From Sulfurospirillaceae bacterium (GTDB lineage Bacteria > Campylobacterota > Campylobacteria > Campylobacterales > Sulfurospirillaceae), in the NCBI GenBank assembly GCA_033723415.1, contig JAWVXD010000003.1, positions 288,001-352,000 of the forward strand: 64,000 nt of DNA, in the 5' to 3' direction. The stretch's first letter is position 1. The number at the start of each line of letters is the position of its first letter. The position numbers and the translations under genes are program-made. The notes beneath the pieces were generated by a model, which saw only the letters and a list, made by a program, of their open reading frames with translations, searched no databases and was not told where the DNA came from. Below are positions 39,986-51,319 of this stretch, piece after piece.

Positions 39986-42144
39986 CACTAGAAGAATTAG
40001 CCGTTGACTTAAAAGCTTCAAAAGATATAGATACTTCTGTATCAATTTTGAAAAGATTTACCGAAATAACACCTTTGATACAAAAGGCTATCGAATTTTC
40101 TATAGAAAAGCATACTGGTCAGTATAGAAAAAGCGGAGAAGAATACGTAAATCATCCAATTCTCACAGCTTCGCTTGTTGCCTACTTTGGCGGTGATGAA
40201 GCTGTGATCATTGCAGGTTTGCTACATGACGTGGTTGAAGATACAGACTGTGATGTAAAGACGATAGATAGACTCTTTACTAAAGAAATAGGTGGTTTAG
40301 TCGAGGGATTGACCAAGATCATGGAAATCAGAGATATCGAATTGATCCCATCAAGCTCTAGTGACAAGATTATCTCATCTGCTCTATCTTTTAGAAAAAT
40401 GTTGCTTGCCTCTATCAGTGATGTGAGGGTTTTGGTCATAAAATTATGTGACAGACTCCACAATATGATGACATTAGAGGGATTGTCTGCTGCAAAACAA
40501 AAAAGAATTAGTGAAGAGACAGTCGTAGTTTATGCTCCAATTGCACACAGATTGGGAATTTCATCTATAAAAAATTATTTAGAAGATGCAAGTTTTTATT
40601 ATGTGATGCCTCAAGAATATAAAAGAATAGATGATTTTATAAATGAGCATAAACAGCAGTTTCAACTAAGACTTAATCATTTTGCATCAAAGATTAGAAC
40701 ATTGATGATTAAAAATGGATTTAATGAAGATGAGTTTACAATTATCAAAAGGGTAAAACATCACTATTCTATATATCTAAAGATGCAAAGAAAAGGTATA
40801 TCTCTAGAAGAGGTTTTAGATCTTCTAGCGATCAGAGTTTTAGTAAAAAAGAAACTAGACTGCTACAAAGTCTTAGGGATCATACATCAAGAATTCAATC
40901 CTCTCATATCAAGATTTAAAGATTATATCTCTATCTCTAAAGAGAATGGATACCAGACAATTCATACAACAGTATTTAACGATAAGTCGATCATAGAGTC
41001 TCAAATCAGAACATATGATATGGATAGAACTGCTGAATTTGGTTTGGCTGCACACTGGAAATACAAAACCGGTGGATTAAATCCTAATTTAGATTGGTTA
41101 AATGATCTTAAAACCCAAAATGAAGAGATAGACAATATAGAAGAATTTTATGAGATTGCAAAAGACAATCTATATAGTGAAGATATTGCAGTTTTTTCTC
41201 CTAAAGGAGATATCTTTACACTCCCAAGAGGTGCTACAGTTCTGGATTTTGCTTATGAAGTTCACACTGAAATCGGGGTATATGCTAGTGAAGCTTATGT
41301 AAATAAACAAAAAACACCACTTTTGAGTGAACTCAACAACGGAGATATCGTTAGAATAATTACATCAGATGAACCAAAATTTAGATGTAGTTGGATAAAT
41401 AACGTAAAAACAGGAAAGGCAAGAAATGCAATTAGGGTTAATTGCAGTCAAAAGATCAGAGAGATTAATCATAAAATTGCCATCAATATATTGACATACA
41501 TCTTTAATGTTGGAGAAAAAAAGATCCTGTCTTGGTTAGAAAAAGAAAATCTAACAAAGAAGATCTCCAAAATAGCTATAGATTCCATATATTTACTAGA
41601 TATTGTAAATGTTCTAAAAAAACATTCAAATACAGATAAGCTAATATTCCCATTACTTAAAATAGATAGATATAAGGTAAAAAAACAAAAGTTTGAAAAT
41701 ATTGTTGTTTACTCAAATCAAAATATATCAAATGTATTTTTCGATTATTGTTGTCATCCAAAAAGAGGAGACGATATAATCGGATTTAAAAAAGGCAATG
41801 ATGTTTTTGTGCATCACAAACTTTGTGAGATTGCAAATCATCAACTTGATAAAGGCGATACTACCGTGTTTGTCAAGTGGACAAGAGAGGCTCCGGATAG
41901 GTTTAAATTATTGGTAAGTTTGGAAAACAAAAGGGGAGCTTTAGCCAATTTTTTATTTTATTTGGCTAAAATGCAAATAAATTTGGTGACAATTGAGCTT
42001 GGTAAATCAGAAGAAGGGCATGCTGATTATTTCGATATGATAGTAGAAATACCTGACAAACCTTTAAAATCAATAAGAGATAAATTAAAATCAAAGTTTA
42101 GTGTCATAGAATTTGTTTCAGTTTCTGACGCATACAAAAATTAG
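39982..42144 (+). CDS. spoT: RelA/SpoT (p)ppGpp synthetase/hydrolase
   Basis: RKSGEEY, LLHDVVED, KLCDRLHNM, GYQTIHT, TGS and ACT domains. Confidence 0.96.
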   Translation: MTLEELAVDLKASKDIDTSVSILKRFTEITPLIQKAIEFSIEKHTGQYRKSGEEYVNHPILTASLVAYFGGDEAVIIAGLLHDVVEDTDCDVKTIDRLFTKEIGGLVEGLTKIMEIRDIELIPSSSSDKIISSALSFRKMLLASISDVRVLVIKLCDRLHNMMTLEGLSAAKQKRISEETVVVYAPIAHRLGISSIKNYLEDASFYYVMPQEYKRIDDFINEHKQQFQLRLNHFASKIRTLMIKNGFNEDEFTIIKRVKHHYSIYLKMQRKGISLEEVLDLLAIRVLVKKKLDCYKVLGIIHQEFNPLISRFKDYISISKENGYQTIHTTVFNDKSIIESQIRTYDMDRTAEFGLAAHWKYKTGGLNPNLDWLNDLKTQNEEIDNIEEFYEIAKDNLYSEDIAVFSPKGDIFTLPRGATVLDFAYEVHTEIGVYASEAYVNKQKTPLLSELNNGDIVRIITSDEPKFRCSWINNVKTGKARNAIRVNCSQKIREINHKIAINILTYIFNVGEKKILSWLEKENLTKKISKIAIDSIYLLDIVNVLKKHSNTDKLIFPLLKIDRYKVKKQKFENIVVYSNQNISNVFFDYCCHPKRGDDIIGFKKGNDVFVHHKLCEIANHQLDKGDTTVFVKWTREAPDRFKLLVSLENKRGALANFLFYLAKMQINLVTIELGKSEEGHADYFDMIVEIPDKPLKSIRDKLKSKFSVIEFVSVSDAYKN

Positions 42145-42154
42145 AAGGATAGCA

Positions 42155-43354
42155 ATGATAAAAGCTGCTTTAGAAGACATAAAGCGAGGTGTAAGTGAGA
42201 TCATAGACGAAGAAAGAGTCACTGCACTTTTAAAAAATTATTTTGAAAAAGGACATACCTATTATGTAAAAGCAGGATTTGATCCTACTGCCCCAGATCT
42301 TCATCTAGGACACACCGTATTGCTTCAAAAAATGGCAATTTTTCAAAAATACGGCGCAATTGTTCAGTTCGTTATAGGTGATTTTACCGGTATGATAGGT
42401 GATCCGACAGGTAAAAATGAGACTAGAAAAAAATTAGACAAGCAACAAGTATTGGAAAATGCCAAAAGTTATGAAGAACAGGTGTTTAAAGTTTTAGACA
42501 GTAAAAAGACAGAAATATTATTTAATTCCAGTTGGATAGAAGAATTGGGTGCTAGCGGAATGTTAGAACTGACTACGACTTTTAATGTTGCCAGAATGCT
42601 GGAGCGAGAAGATTTTGACAAAAGATATACATCAGGTGCACCTATCTCTATAAGTGAGTTCTTATATCCTCTTTTACAAGGATATGATAGTGTTGCAATA
42701 AAATCTGATATTGAGATGGGCGGAACAGATCAGAAGTTTAATCTTTTGATGGGACGTCATCTCCAACGTGCATACAATACAGGAAAAGAGCAAGCTGTTA
42801 TCATGATGCCTTTATTAGAAGGGCTGGACGGCATTAATAAAATGAGCAAGTCATTGGGCAATTATATAGGTGTTACAGATGAACCAAATGATATGTTTGG
42901 AAAATTGCTTAGTATCAGTGATGATTTGATGTGGAGATATTATGATTTGTTAAGTGCGCTTTCTACTGTTCAAATAAGCTCATTGAAGCAAAAGGTAAAT
43001 GATGGTATTTTACATCCAAAGACTGCCAAAGAAAATCTAGCTCATGAAATAGTAGCAAGATATCATGGCGAAGATGCAGCTTCTGCCGCAAAGCAAGAAT
43101 TTGACAAGATACATTCAAAAAATCAACTCCCTAGTGATATTGAAGATTATGAGTGTGAAGCTCCTATTTGGATAGCGCAAGCACTGGTGGATTGTAAATT
43201 AGAGCCTTCTACATCACAAGCTAGAAGAGATATTAATCAAAATGCGGTTAGTGTCAATCAAGAAAAGATTCAAGATTCCAAAATGCAATTGGGAAAAGGG
43301 GAGTTTATACTCCAGGTAGGCAAGAGAAAATTTGCGAGACTAAAGGTAATATAA
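42155..43354 (+). CDS. tyrS: Tyrosine--tRNA ligase
   Basis: GFDPTAPDLHLGH, KMSKS; ATG at 42155 after AAGGA. Confidence 0.97.
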   Translation: MIKAALEDIKRGVSEIIDEERVTALLKNYFEKGHTYYVKAGFDPTAPDLHLGHTVLLQKMAIFQKYGAIVQFVIGDFTGMIGDPTGKNETRKKLDKQQVLENAKSYEEQVFKVLDSKKTEILFNSSWIEELGASGMLELTTTFNVARMLEREDFDKRYTSGAPISISEFLYPLLQGYDSVAIKSDIEMGGTDQKFNLLMGRHLQRAYNTGKEQAVIMMPLLEGLDGINKMSKSLGNYIGVTDEPNDMFGKLLSISDDLMWRYYDLLSALSTVQISSLKQKVNDGILHPKTAKENLAHEIVARYHGEDAASAAKQEFDKIHSKNQLPSDIEDYECEAPIWIAQALVDCKLEPSTSQARRDINQNAVSVNQEKIQDSKMQLGKGEFILQVGKRKFARLKVI

Positions 43355-44451
43355 TGACATTAAAATCTCTTAAAATAGGAAAACATACCATTAAGCATCC
43401 TATTATCCAAGGCGGTATGGGACTTGGTATTAGCTGGGATCAGTTAGCCGGAAATGTTAGTTTAAATGGAGGTTTAGGGGTTATAAGCTCTGTTGGTACA
43501 GGATATTACAAAGATCAACGATATGTAAAAAAAGAGATAAGTGAGCGACCTTTTGAAGTTGAAAACTTTTATTCAAGAGATAGTTTTAGAGCTATAATAA
43601 ATAGTGCAAAAAAGATATCAAACGGTAATCCTGTAGCAGCAAATATACTTTATGCAATTAATGATTATGGAAGAGTTGCCAGAGATGCATGTGAATTAGG
43701 TGTAGATATTATCATCACAGGTGCAGGACTTCCTACAAATATGCCGGAATTTACAGAAGGATATCCTGATGTAGCATTGGTTCCAATTGTTTCTTCAGCT
43801 AAAGCTTTAAAAATTATATGCAAAAGATGGAAACAACGTTACAATAGACTACCAGATGGTGTTATAGTTGAAGGACCAAAAAGTGGAGGACATCAAGGAT
43901 TTACCTATGAGCAGTGTTTTAAAGAAGAATACCAGCTGGAAAATCTAATCGGGCCGGTAAAGGAAGAGATAAAAAACTGGGGTGATTTTCCATTGATAGC
44001 AGCCGGAGGTATTTGGGATCATAATGATATAGTAAAAGCTATAGAGCTTGGAGCTGACGGCGTTCAGATGGGTACAAGATTTATAGGCACACATGAATGT
44101 GATGCAAGTGAAAATTTTAAAAAGGTTATTTTGGACTCGAAGGAAGAAGATATACAGTTGCTTAAGTCGCCTGTTGGATATCCGGCACGAGGAATTAGAA
44201 CGAATCTGATAAAACTTGTAGAGAAAAGAGAAGGTCCGAAGATAAAATGTATAAGTAACTGTGTCAGTCCATGCCACAGAGGACAAGAAGCGAAAGTTGT
44301 TGGTTACTGTATAGCAGATAGGCTTTCGGATGCATATATGGGAAGAGTGGAGACAGGTTTGTTCTTTACTGGTTCAAACGGATATAAACTTAAAGAGATT
44401 ATTAGCGTTAAAGAGCTCATAAATAAGTTGGTGCATGGCGAAGATAATTAG
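43354..44451 (+). CDS. fabX: Nitronate monooxygenase family flavoprotein, FabX-like
   Basis: IIQGGMG, EGPKSGGH, QMGTRF, C-terminal CxxxCxxxC...C cluster; between tyrS and amiA as for H. pylori fabX. Confidence 0.75.
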   Translation: MTLKSLKIGKHTIKHPIIQGGMGLGISWDQLAGNVSLNGGLGVISSVGTGYYKDQRYVKKEISERPFEVENFYSRDSFRAIINSAKKISNGNPVAANILYAINDYGRVARDACELGVDIIITGAGLPTNMPEFTEGYPDVALVPIVSSAKALKIICKRWKQRYNRLPDGVIVEGPKSGGHQGFTYEQCFKEEYQLENLIGPVKEEIKNWGDFPLIAAGGIWDHNDIVKAIELGADGVQMGTRFIGTHECDASENFKKVILDSKEEDIQLLKSPVGYPARGIRTNLIKLVEKREGPKIKCISNCVSPCHRGQEAKVVGYCIADRLSDAYMGRVETGLFFTGSNGYKLKEIISVKELINKLVHGEDN

Positions 44452-45835
44452 AACCTTAGCCATTATTTTTTCTCTTTCTTTGATGCTAGTTGCTAGTTCA
44501 TCGTATCTTGACAAGGTATATTCCTATGACAAGAAAATAGAACAAGCAGATCAGAGTGAAATGTTTAGGATATTTCACTCCTTACAAAGTATCTATATTA
44601 AATCTATTATCAATAATGATGTAACGCTCAAGGTTGCGACGTTAAAAAGACTGATAAAATGTTCCAATATTTTAAAACTTAATGCCAAAAATTATGAAAA
44701 TGAGCTATCTACGCTTCAAGCAAATAATAAAATAAATCCTCCAATATATAAAAAACAAAAAACGACTGTAATGCATAGTGCTAAGGCGACTAAAGATTTG
44801 CCAAAATTGATAGATGTTTCTGTAAATGATTATGATGTTAGCCTAAGATTTAACAAGGATATAACGTACGATGATGTGAAAACATTTGGATTAGTTAGTA
44901 AAAATAAATACAAAAGCGTTTTTGATTTTAATGCAATCTTTGCAACATCTTCTAAGATCAAAACTCCTAAAAGTCTGAAAGATATTAGAATTGCAAGATA
45001 CAATAAAAATACTGTTAGATTGGTTCTTGTAAGCAATAAAAGCATAAATTCAAAATTGAACATAGATTCATCTACTATTATTATAAATTTTAAAAAACAT
45101 ATAAACAAGCCAACTAGGATAGTCAATAAATTTACAAATTTTTCAACATTTAACCCAAGAAATAAAATCATAGTCCTAGACCCAGGACATGGAGGAAAAG
45201 ACTCAGGAGCCATAGGGTATAAAGGCAGATATGAAAAAAGAGCTGTTTTGAGAATTGCTCTAAAATGCTATAAAGAGCTGAAAAAACGAGGTTATAGAGT
45301 TTACATGACAAGAGATAAAGACTATTTTGTCAAACTAAGAAACAGGACGAATTTCGCTAACAATAAACATGCTGATTTGTTTATATCCATCCATGCAAAC
45401 GCAGCTCCACGAAAAAGTCAATATCTATCATCAAAAGGATTAGAGACATTTTTTCTCTCTCCTGCGAGAAGCAATAGAAGTAAGCGTGTGGCAGCTTTGG
45501 AAAATAAGGCAGATCTTGAGGATATGGATTATTACTCCAAAAATACGTTTTTAAATCTGATAAACAGAGAAAAGATAGTGCAGGCAAATAAAATGGCTTT
45601 GGATGTGCAGCAAGGTATACTAAGAAGTGTAAGACAAAAATATGATATTATAGACGGTGGTGTTAGAAAAGCTCCATTTTGGGTTCTTGTAGGGGCTCAG
45701 ATGCCTGCTATACTAATAGAGACAGGGTATATAACAAATCCTACAGAAGGAACAAGATTATTTAATTTTCACTATGAGGATTTGATGGCTAAAGGTATAG
45801 CCAACGGTGTTGATAGTTATTTTATGAAAAACTAA
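44435..45835 (+). CDS. amiA: N-acetylmuramoyl-L-alanine amidase
   Basis: LDPGHGGKD, SIHANA, LIETGYITN. Confidence 0.94.
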   Translation: MAKIIRTLAIIFSLSLMLVASSSYLDKVYSYDKKIEQADQSEMFRIFHSLQSIYIKSIINNDVTLKVATLKRLIKCSNILKLNAKNYENELSTLQANNKINPPIYKKQKTTVMHSAKATKDLPKLIDVSVNDYDVSLRFNKDITYDDVKTFGLVSKNKYKSVFDFNAIFATSSKIKTPKSLKDIRIARYNKNTVRLVLVSNKSINSKLNIDSSTIIINFKKHINKPTRIVNKFTNFSTFNPRNKIIVLDPGHGGKDSGAIGYKGRYEKRAVLRIALKCYKELKKRGYRVYMTRDKDYFVKLRNRTNFANNKHADLFISIHANAAPRKSQYLSSKGLETFFLSPARSNRSKRVAALENKADLEDMDYYSKNTFLNLINREKIVQANKMALDVQQGILRSVRQKYDIIDGGVRKAPFWVLVGAQMPAILIETGYITNPTEGTRLFNFHYEDLMAKGIANGVDSYFMKN

Positions 45836-45846
45836 ACTTATCTATC

Positions 45847-46581
45847 TTATTTAAAAGAGATTTGAAGCTTTAACATTTCTTGCTTGAAAAAATCACACCA
45901 TGTCTTTAGTTTATTTTCATCTTCGCAAGCCAGATATATTTCTACACTTTTTTTATTTTTTTCAATTTTTGGCAATGATGAAAGTTCTATATATTCAGGT
46001 ATGGCTTCCATGATGTCTATCAAGTCATTTTCTGATGTATCTACGTGGAAAGTACAAAAATGATTTTTCGGTTTTTTTTCAAATTTAGTATCTAATACCT
46101 TAGTTAACATCGGCCATGCCATAGAAGGAAAACCTGGTGTAAAAAAATATCTGTCTTCCAAAGAAAAACCAGGTACTTTATTTACAACATTTTCTAGAAG
46201 TTGAGCTCCGATTGGGATATTTGCCATTTTTACTCTATGTGGATATGCCTGATCGCCAAAAGAATCTATGATCAAACTCAAAGCTTTTTGATTTGTTTGC
46301 ATCTTGCCGTCTGTAAAAACTTTGGCAGCAACAACTCTCGTGTAATCATCCGGAGTAGAACCTATCCCGCCAAAGCAAAACATAACAGCATTTTTATCTT
46401 CTTTTAGGATATTAAAGACTTTTTCCATCAACGGAGGATTATCAATTATGACAAAATTACCGGCATGAGTCAATCCTCGTTTCGTTAGTTCTTCATTTAT
46501 AAATGAGAAGTGCTTATCAACTCTTCTTCCATTTAAAAGCTCAGTTCCTATAATAACACTGTAGAAATTATACGTATTCAT
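45847..46581 (-). CDS. CinA-like / molybdopterin-binding domain protein
   Basis: [28 protein letters not shown]. Confidence 0.88.
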   Translation of the reverse strand: MNTYNFYSVIIGTELLNGRRVDKHFSFINEELTKRGLTHAGNFVIIDNPPLMEKVFNILKEDKNAVMFCFGGIGSTPDDYTRVVAAKVFTDGKMQTNQKALSLIIDSFGDQAYPHRVKMANIPIGAQLLENVVNKVPGFSLEDRYFFTPGFPSMAWPMLTKVLDTKFEKKPKNHFCTFHVDTSENDLIDIMEAIPEYIELSSLPKIEKNKKSVEIYLACEDENKLKTWCDFFKQEMLKLQISFK

Positions 46582-47140
46582 GTATCTTAGACTCAATATC
46601 TTTTACAATAGCCTCTATGCTTCTTTCACCATCCACTTTAAAAAGTTTATCTTTTGACTTGTAAAAGTTTTCTATGTCAGATAAAGGCTCAAGATAGACC
46701 TTTATCCTGTTATCAAAAATTTTCTCATCATCATCAGCACCTCTAGATCTGGAAAGTACTCTCTTTTTTGCAACATTTGTGCTAACAACTACTTCTATGA
46801 CAAGAGATAGCTGAATCTCACGTTGCTTTGATAAAAAATCATCTAATGCTTCCAATTGTTCTATGGATCTAGGATAACCATCTATGATAATGATGGATTT
46901 TGAAGATTGATTGATTGCTTTTATGATAGCTTCTGCTGCTATAAGTGCAGGTACTATATTGCCTGCACTTATTATCTTATCTATTTTACTACCTAAGGCA
47001 CTTTTACTTTTTACTTCTTCTCTAAGTAGATCACCTGTTGAAAAATGTGCTATGTTTAGCGGATTATTTTTTGCTATTATCTCGGCATCCGTAGTCTTTC
47101 CACTTCCCGGAGCTCCAATGATTAGAAATAAATTTTTCAT
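46568..47140 (-). CDS. adk: Adenylate kinase (short-LID type)
   Basis: [26 protein letters not shown]. Confidence 0.92.
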   Translation of the reverse strand: MKNLFLIIGAPGSGKTTDAEIIAKNNPLNIAHFSTGDLLREEVKSKSALGSKIDKIISAGNIVPALIAAEAIIKAINQSSKSIIIIDGYPRSIEQLEALDDFLSKQREIQLSLVIEVVVSTNVAKKRVLSRSRGADDDEKIFDNRIKVYLEPLSDIENFYKSKDKLFKVDGERSIEAIVKDIESKIHEYV

Positions 47141-48891
47141 TATTGGCTAGTTTTTACTTCTCTCAATCTAATTCCTAAGTCTCTAAGCTGTGAATTATCC
47201 ACAGAACTTGGAGCTTTAGTCAGTAAGCATTGTGCTCTTTGCGTTTTAGGAAATGCTATTACGTCTCTAATGCTGCTTGATCCGGTAAGCAGCATGATTA
47301 ATCTGTCTAAACCTATCGCTAAACCACCATGAGGAGGTGCACCGTATTTTAGAGCATCTAGTAAAAATTCAAATTTTTCATTTGCTTCTTCATCACTGAT
47401 CCCCAATAATTTAAATACTTTTTGTTGTATCTCTTTTTTGTGAATCCTGATACTTCCTCCGCCTAACTCAACACCATTGAGGACGATGTCGTATGCGATT
47501 GATTCCATTTCCTCAACCGGGGCATCTATGTTGCTTGGCATGGTAAAAGGATGGTGTAGTGCTTTTACTTCATCTCCTTCTACTTCAAACATATCAAAAT
47601 CAACAACCCATACGAATTCAAATACATCTTTTGGAATGATTTCCATAAGTTCAGCTAGATAAATTCTGAATCTTCCCATATAATCAAGTACGATTTTCTT
47701 CTCTCCTGCACCGAAGAAGATCACATCGCCGACTTTTAAGTCGCTAACTTTTATGATCTCATTCAAATCATCTTCAGTGAAAAATTTGGTTAATGGACCT
47801 TTTAATCCGTCTTCTTTCATTTGGAAATAACCAAGTCCTGATGCTCCGAATTTTCTTACGTAATCTTCAAAACCTTTCATCTGCCTTTTAGAAAATATAT
47901 TATCCCCATTTGGTACTTTAAGTGCCTTTATACGATTGTTTTTTGTATTTTTTGCGATACTGCTAAATATCTCATTAGTTGATTTTGCAAATATATCTAT
48001 AACATCGATCATAGACAAATCATATCTTAGATCAGGCTTGTCGCTACCGTATTTTTCCATAGCGTCTTTGTACTTTAATCTGTTGAACGGTGTTTGTATA
48101 TCATGTCCGCAAGCTTTAAATATCTCTTTTAAAAGATCTTCTGTGACGTTTATGATATCTTCTTGTGTACAAAAACTCATCTCTAAGTCAATTTGCGTAA
48201 ATTCAGGCTGTCTATCTGCCCTTAAGTCTTCATCACGAAAACATTTTGCAATTTGAAAATATCTGTCAAAACCAGAACACATAAGAAGTTGTTTAAATAG
48301 TTGAGGAGATTGCGGTAGAGCAAAAAATTCTCCGTTATGAACACGACTCGGCACTAAATAATCTCTAGCTCCCTCAGGAGTAGATTTTGTTAAAATCGGA
48401 GTTTCTACTTCTAGAAAACCTTTACTGTCCAGTAAGTTTCTAGTTGCTATAGTTGCTTTACTTCTAAGATTGAAAATTTCATATGATTTTTTATTTCTCA
48501 AATCAAGATATCTATACTTTAATCTTACATCCTCTCCGACACTGTTATCACCTATGACAAAAGGAACTGGCTCACTGATATTTTCAATGATCAAATCTTC
48601 AACAACTATTTCTATCTTTCCTGTTTTTAGATTTGGATTTTCAAGACCTTCTCCTCTTGCTCTTACTTTCCCTTTGGCTCTTAAAACAAATTCATCTCTG
48701 ACTTTACCAGCAGTTTCGTGTGCTGCAGCGCTATCTGCAGGATCACAAACAAGTTGAACCAGACCACTTTTATCTCTTAGATCTATGAAAATAACACCAC
48801 CATGGTCTCTGCTGTTATTACTCCATCCGCATACTTCTACGATATCACCGATGTTCTCTTCATTTAGCTGTGTACAGTAATGACTTCTCAA
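47140..48891 (-). CDS. aspS: Aspartate--tRNA ligase
   Basis: [38 protein letters not shown] start. Confidence 0.98.
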   Translation of the reverse strand: MRSHYCTQLNEENIGDIVEVCGWSNNSRDHGGVIFIDLRDKSGLVQLVCDPADSAAAHETAGKVRDEFVLRAKGKVRARGEGLENPNLKTGKIEIVVEDLIIENISEPVPFVIGDNSVGEDVRLKYRYLDLRNKKSYEIFNLRSKATIATRNLLDSKGFLEVETPILTKSTPEGARDYLVPSRVHNGEFFALPQSPQLFKQLLMCSGFDRYFQIAKCFRDEDLRADRQPEFTQIDLEMSFCTQEDIINVTEDLLKEIFKACGHDIQTPFNRLKYKDAMEKYGSDKPDLRYDLSMIDVIDIFAKSTNEIFSSIAKNTKNNRIKALKVPNGDNIFSKRQMKGFEDYVRKFGASGLGYFQMKEDGLKGPLTKFFTEDDLNEIIKVSDLKVGDVIFFGAGEKKIVLDYMGRFRIYLAELMEIIPKDVFEFVWVVDFDMFEVEGDEVKALHHPFTMPSNIDAPVEEMESIAYDIVLNGVELGGGSIRIHKKEIQQKVFKLLGISDEEANEKFEFLLDALKYGAPPHGGLAIGLDRLIMLLTGSSSIRDVIAFPKTQRAQCLLTKAPSSVDNSQLRDLGIRLREVKTSQ

Positions 48892-48994
48892 ATTTTATTC
48901 CTCTTAATCCGATTTTTAAGGCGTCAATTTTACCAAAAAATAGCTTCACTTCACTTTATATTAATATATATAGTGCTAAAATAGAAGATATTTA

Positions 48995-49843
48995 ATGATT
49001 TTAGGACTTCAAAATATGATTATGACTTCAGTGCTTTCTAGAATTTTTGGTAGATTTGCTTCAACTAAATTTCCTAAATTTTTTCAGAATATTATAAATA
49101 AAATCTATGTCAGTTCAATGAAAGTAGATCTAAGTGAATTTTATGACAGTTCAAAATACGACAGTTTAAATTCTCTTTTTACAAGAGCCTTTGTAAAGAC
49201 TCGAGAGTATAACAAAGAAAGCAATAATTTTATCTTTCCAAGCGATAGTTTTATAACAGAATGTGGAATTATCGAAAAACGTACAGCATTACAAATAAAA
49301 GGATTTTCATACAATATTTATGAGTTATTAAGTAGTAAAATCGATACTAGATCAAGAAAAAGAGTTGATGGTGGAAACTATATAAATCTTTATTTATCAC
49401 CACGAGATTATCATCGTTATCATACTCCGATTAATATGAATATTCAAAAGGCTGTACATATCCCTGGAAAATTATATCCGGTAAACTTTAAATGGCTCAA
49501 AAAGATACCCAATCTTTTTATAGAGAACGAACGTGTTATCCTGGAGTGTAAAACAGAAGACGATAAGATATTTTATATGATTTTTGTCGGAGCTTTAAAT
49601 GTAGGCAAGATAAGTTTTATTTTTGATGAGAGGATACAGACTAATATAGCACAACAAAATGCTACAGTTTATAAATATACTGACTTGTTCTTTGAAAAGG
49701 GAGCAGAACTCGGAAGATTTGAAATGGGATCTACTATAGTGATGTTCTTTGAAAAAGATTTGATTGAACTCTCATGTAATCCAGGAGAACATACAAAGTT
49801 TGGTGATATCCTAGCTTTTATTCAAGATTATAAGCAAGATTGA
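48995..49843 (+). CDS. psd: Phosphatidylserine decarboxylase proenzyme
   Basis: YLSPRDYHRYH, NER, VGALNVG, FEMGST self-cleavage motif; true start may be a few codons downstream. Confidence 0.93.
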   Translation: MILGLQNMIMTSVLSRIFGRFASTKFPKFFQNIINKIYVSSMKVDLSEFYDSSKYDSLNSLFTRAFVKTREYNKESNNFIFPSDSFITECGIIEKRTALQIKGFSYNIYELLSSKIDTRSRKRVDGGNYINLYLSPRDYHRYHTPINMNIQKAVHIPGKLYPVNFKWLKKIPNLFIENERVILECKTEDDKIFYMIFVGALNVGKISFIFDERIQTNIAQQNATVYKYTDLFFEKGAELGRFEMGSTIVMFFEKDLIELSCNPGEHTKFGDILAFIQDYKQD

Positions 49844-50507
49844 TCGTAAAATTCTTCGGAAAATCAAATAACGATTTATCCACTTTGATTGGAAAACTAT
49901 CTTTGATGGCTTGAATAGCCGAGTTATTAAAAATTCTGTTTCCTGATATGATTTTTATGTTTGATGCTTGGCCATTTTTATTTAAAGTAAATCCAATTTT
50001 AACTTTCCCTTCTTTTCCCATTCTCAGAGCTCTATTAGGATAGAATTTGTTTTGATTTATCTTTTTTTTAAGCTTCTGAAGAAATATAACTCTCTTTTTC
50101 TCTTTTTGATCGTCAATTATTCGTTTTACCGGTTTTTTGACTTTTGATGTTATTGTCTTTCGTGTATTAGTTTGTTTTGAAATTTCTTGTTCTATAGTTT
50201 TTTTTGGATGTTTAATTAGTACTGGATCATGTAATTTTTGGGATTCAACAATCTGTTCATGTACAATCTTTGGCTTAGGCTTAGGCTTAGGCTTAGGTTT
50301 AGGTTTTGGTTTAGGTTTTGGTTTTGGTTTTGGCTTAGGTTTTGGCTTAGGTTTTGGCTTTGGCTGCGAGATGACTTGAACTTTACATATTGTTACTTCT
50401 TGTAAATTTTTTGATATGGCAGGATCTGAAAAATAAAAAAAAGTTGCAATTATCAAAACACAATATAACGAACTTGTCGCAAAAAATGAGAGAAAATATC
50501 TATTCAT
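49818..50507 (-). CDS. tonB: Energy transducer TonB
   Basis: N-terminal TM helix, (PK)16 linker, YPNRALRMGKEGKV. Confidence 0.92.
   Translation of the reverse strand: MNRYFLSFFATSSLYCVLIIATFFYFSDPAISKNLQEVTICKVQVISQPKPKPKPKPKPKPKPKPKPKPKPKPKPKPKPKIVHEQIVESQKLHDPVLIKHPKKTIEQEISKQTNTRKTITSKVKKPVKRIIDDQKEKKRVIFLQKLKKKINQNKFYPNRALRMGKEGKVKIGFTLNKNGQASNIKIISGNRIFNNSAIQAIKDSFPIKVDKSLFDFPKNFTINLAYNLE
50268..50363 (-). repeat. Degenerate hexanucleotide repeat encoding (Pro-Lys)16
   Basis: 16 x CCWAAR units on the minus strand. Confidence 0.9.
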
Positions 50508-50886
50508 GTTGAGTGATTATCCCTAAATTTTTATAACCGTTTTGTTTTAATATATCCAACATATAAACAAAGTTGTCAAATTTTGTCGACTTATCACAAT
50601 TCAGTCGAATTTCGGTATCTGTTTTGTATAAAGCCAACATTGACTTTACATGATCTCTAGCTACTTGTATTTTGTCAAAGAAAATCTCTCCATTTTGTTT
50701 AATAGTAATAACCAAAGGTTGTTGTTGCTTTTGTTTAAGTACCGTAGAATTTTTGCTTTTGCTTAGATCAACAGGTATGATCCCTTTAGCCACAAATGTA
50801 GCTGTAGTGAGGACTATAACCAGTAAAACAAGGATGATATCTATAAACGGAACAACATTTATAGAATCAAACTTTTGCACTTTCAT
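50500..50886 (-). CDS. exbD: Biopolymer transporter ExbD
   Basis: INVVPFIDIILVLLVI; ATG at 50886 overlaps the exbB stop. Confidence 0.93.
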   Translation of the reverse strand: MKVQKFDSINVVPFIDIILVLLVIVLTTATFVAKGIIPVDLSKSKNSTVLKQKQQQPLVITIKQNGEIFFDKIQVARDHVKSMLALYKTDTEIRLNCDKSTKFDNFVYMLDILKQNGYKNLGIITQHE

Positions 50887-51311
50887 TTGTCTAACATATC
50901 CCATTTGGCAAGAAGAACTTCTATCTTTCTTGCCAAATGATTGTAAAACATCATAGAAGGAATTGCTACTGTGAGTCCCATAGCAGTTGCTTTTAAAGCC
51001 AGAGCCAAAGAGGTCATGATGGTTCTTATATCCATATTCCCATTTTGTCCCATGGCATAAAATGTGATTATGATGCCAAATACTGTACCTAATAAACCGA
51101 CATATGGAGCATTTGATCCAAATGTCGATAAAAGTGTTATATTATTTGTCAGATCAATCTCTAGGCGTTCTTTTTGATCATATTTATCTAACTTGATCTG
51201 TCTAAAGAACAATAATCTCTCCAGATAAAACCAAACAGATAAAAAACTCATAAAGCCCAATATACCTAAGATTCCATAATCAACAATATTTTTTAAAAGC
51301 TCAATATTCAT
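50883..51311 (-). CDS. exbB: TonB-system energizer ExbB
   Basis: SNAPYVGLLGTV, ALKATAMGLTVAIP. Confidence 0.93.
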   Translation of the reverse strand: MNIELLKNIVDYGILGILGFMSFLSVWFYLERLLFFRQIKLDKYDQKERLEIDLTNNITLLSTFGSNAPYVGLLGTVFGIIITFYAMGQNGNMDIRTIMTSLALALKATAMGLTVAIPSMMFYNHLARKIEVLLAKWDMLDK

Positions 51312-51319
51312 GATATTGA

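Noticed and set aside
50268..50363. Hexamer repeat as a phase-variation locus
   Set aside because: In-frame with mixed synonymous codons; it is the ordinary Pro-Lys linker of TonB.
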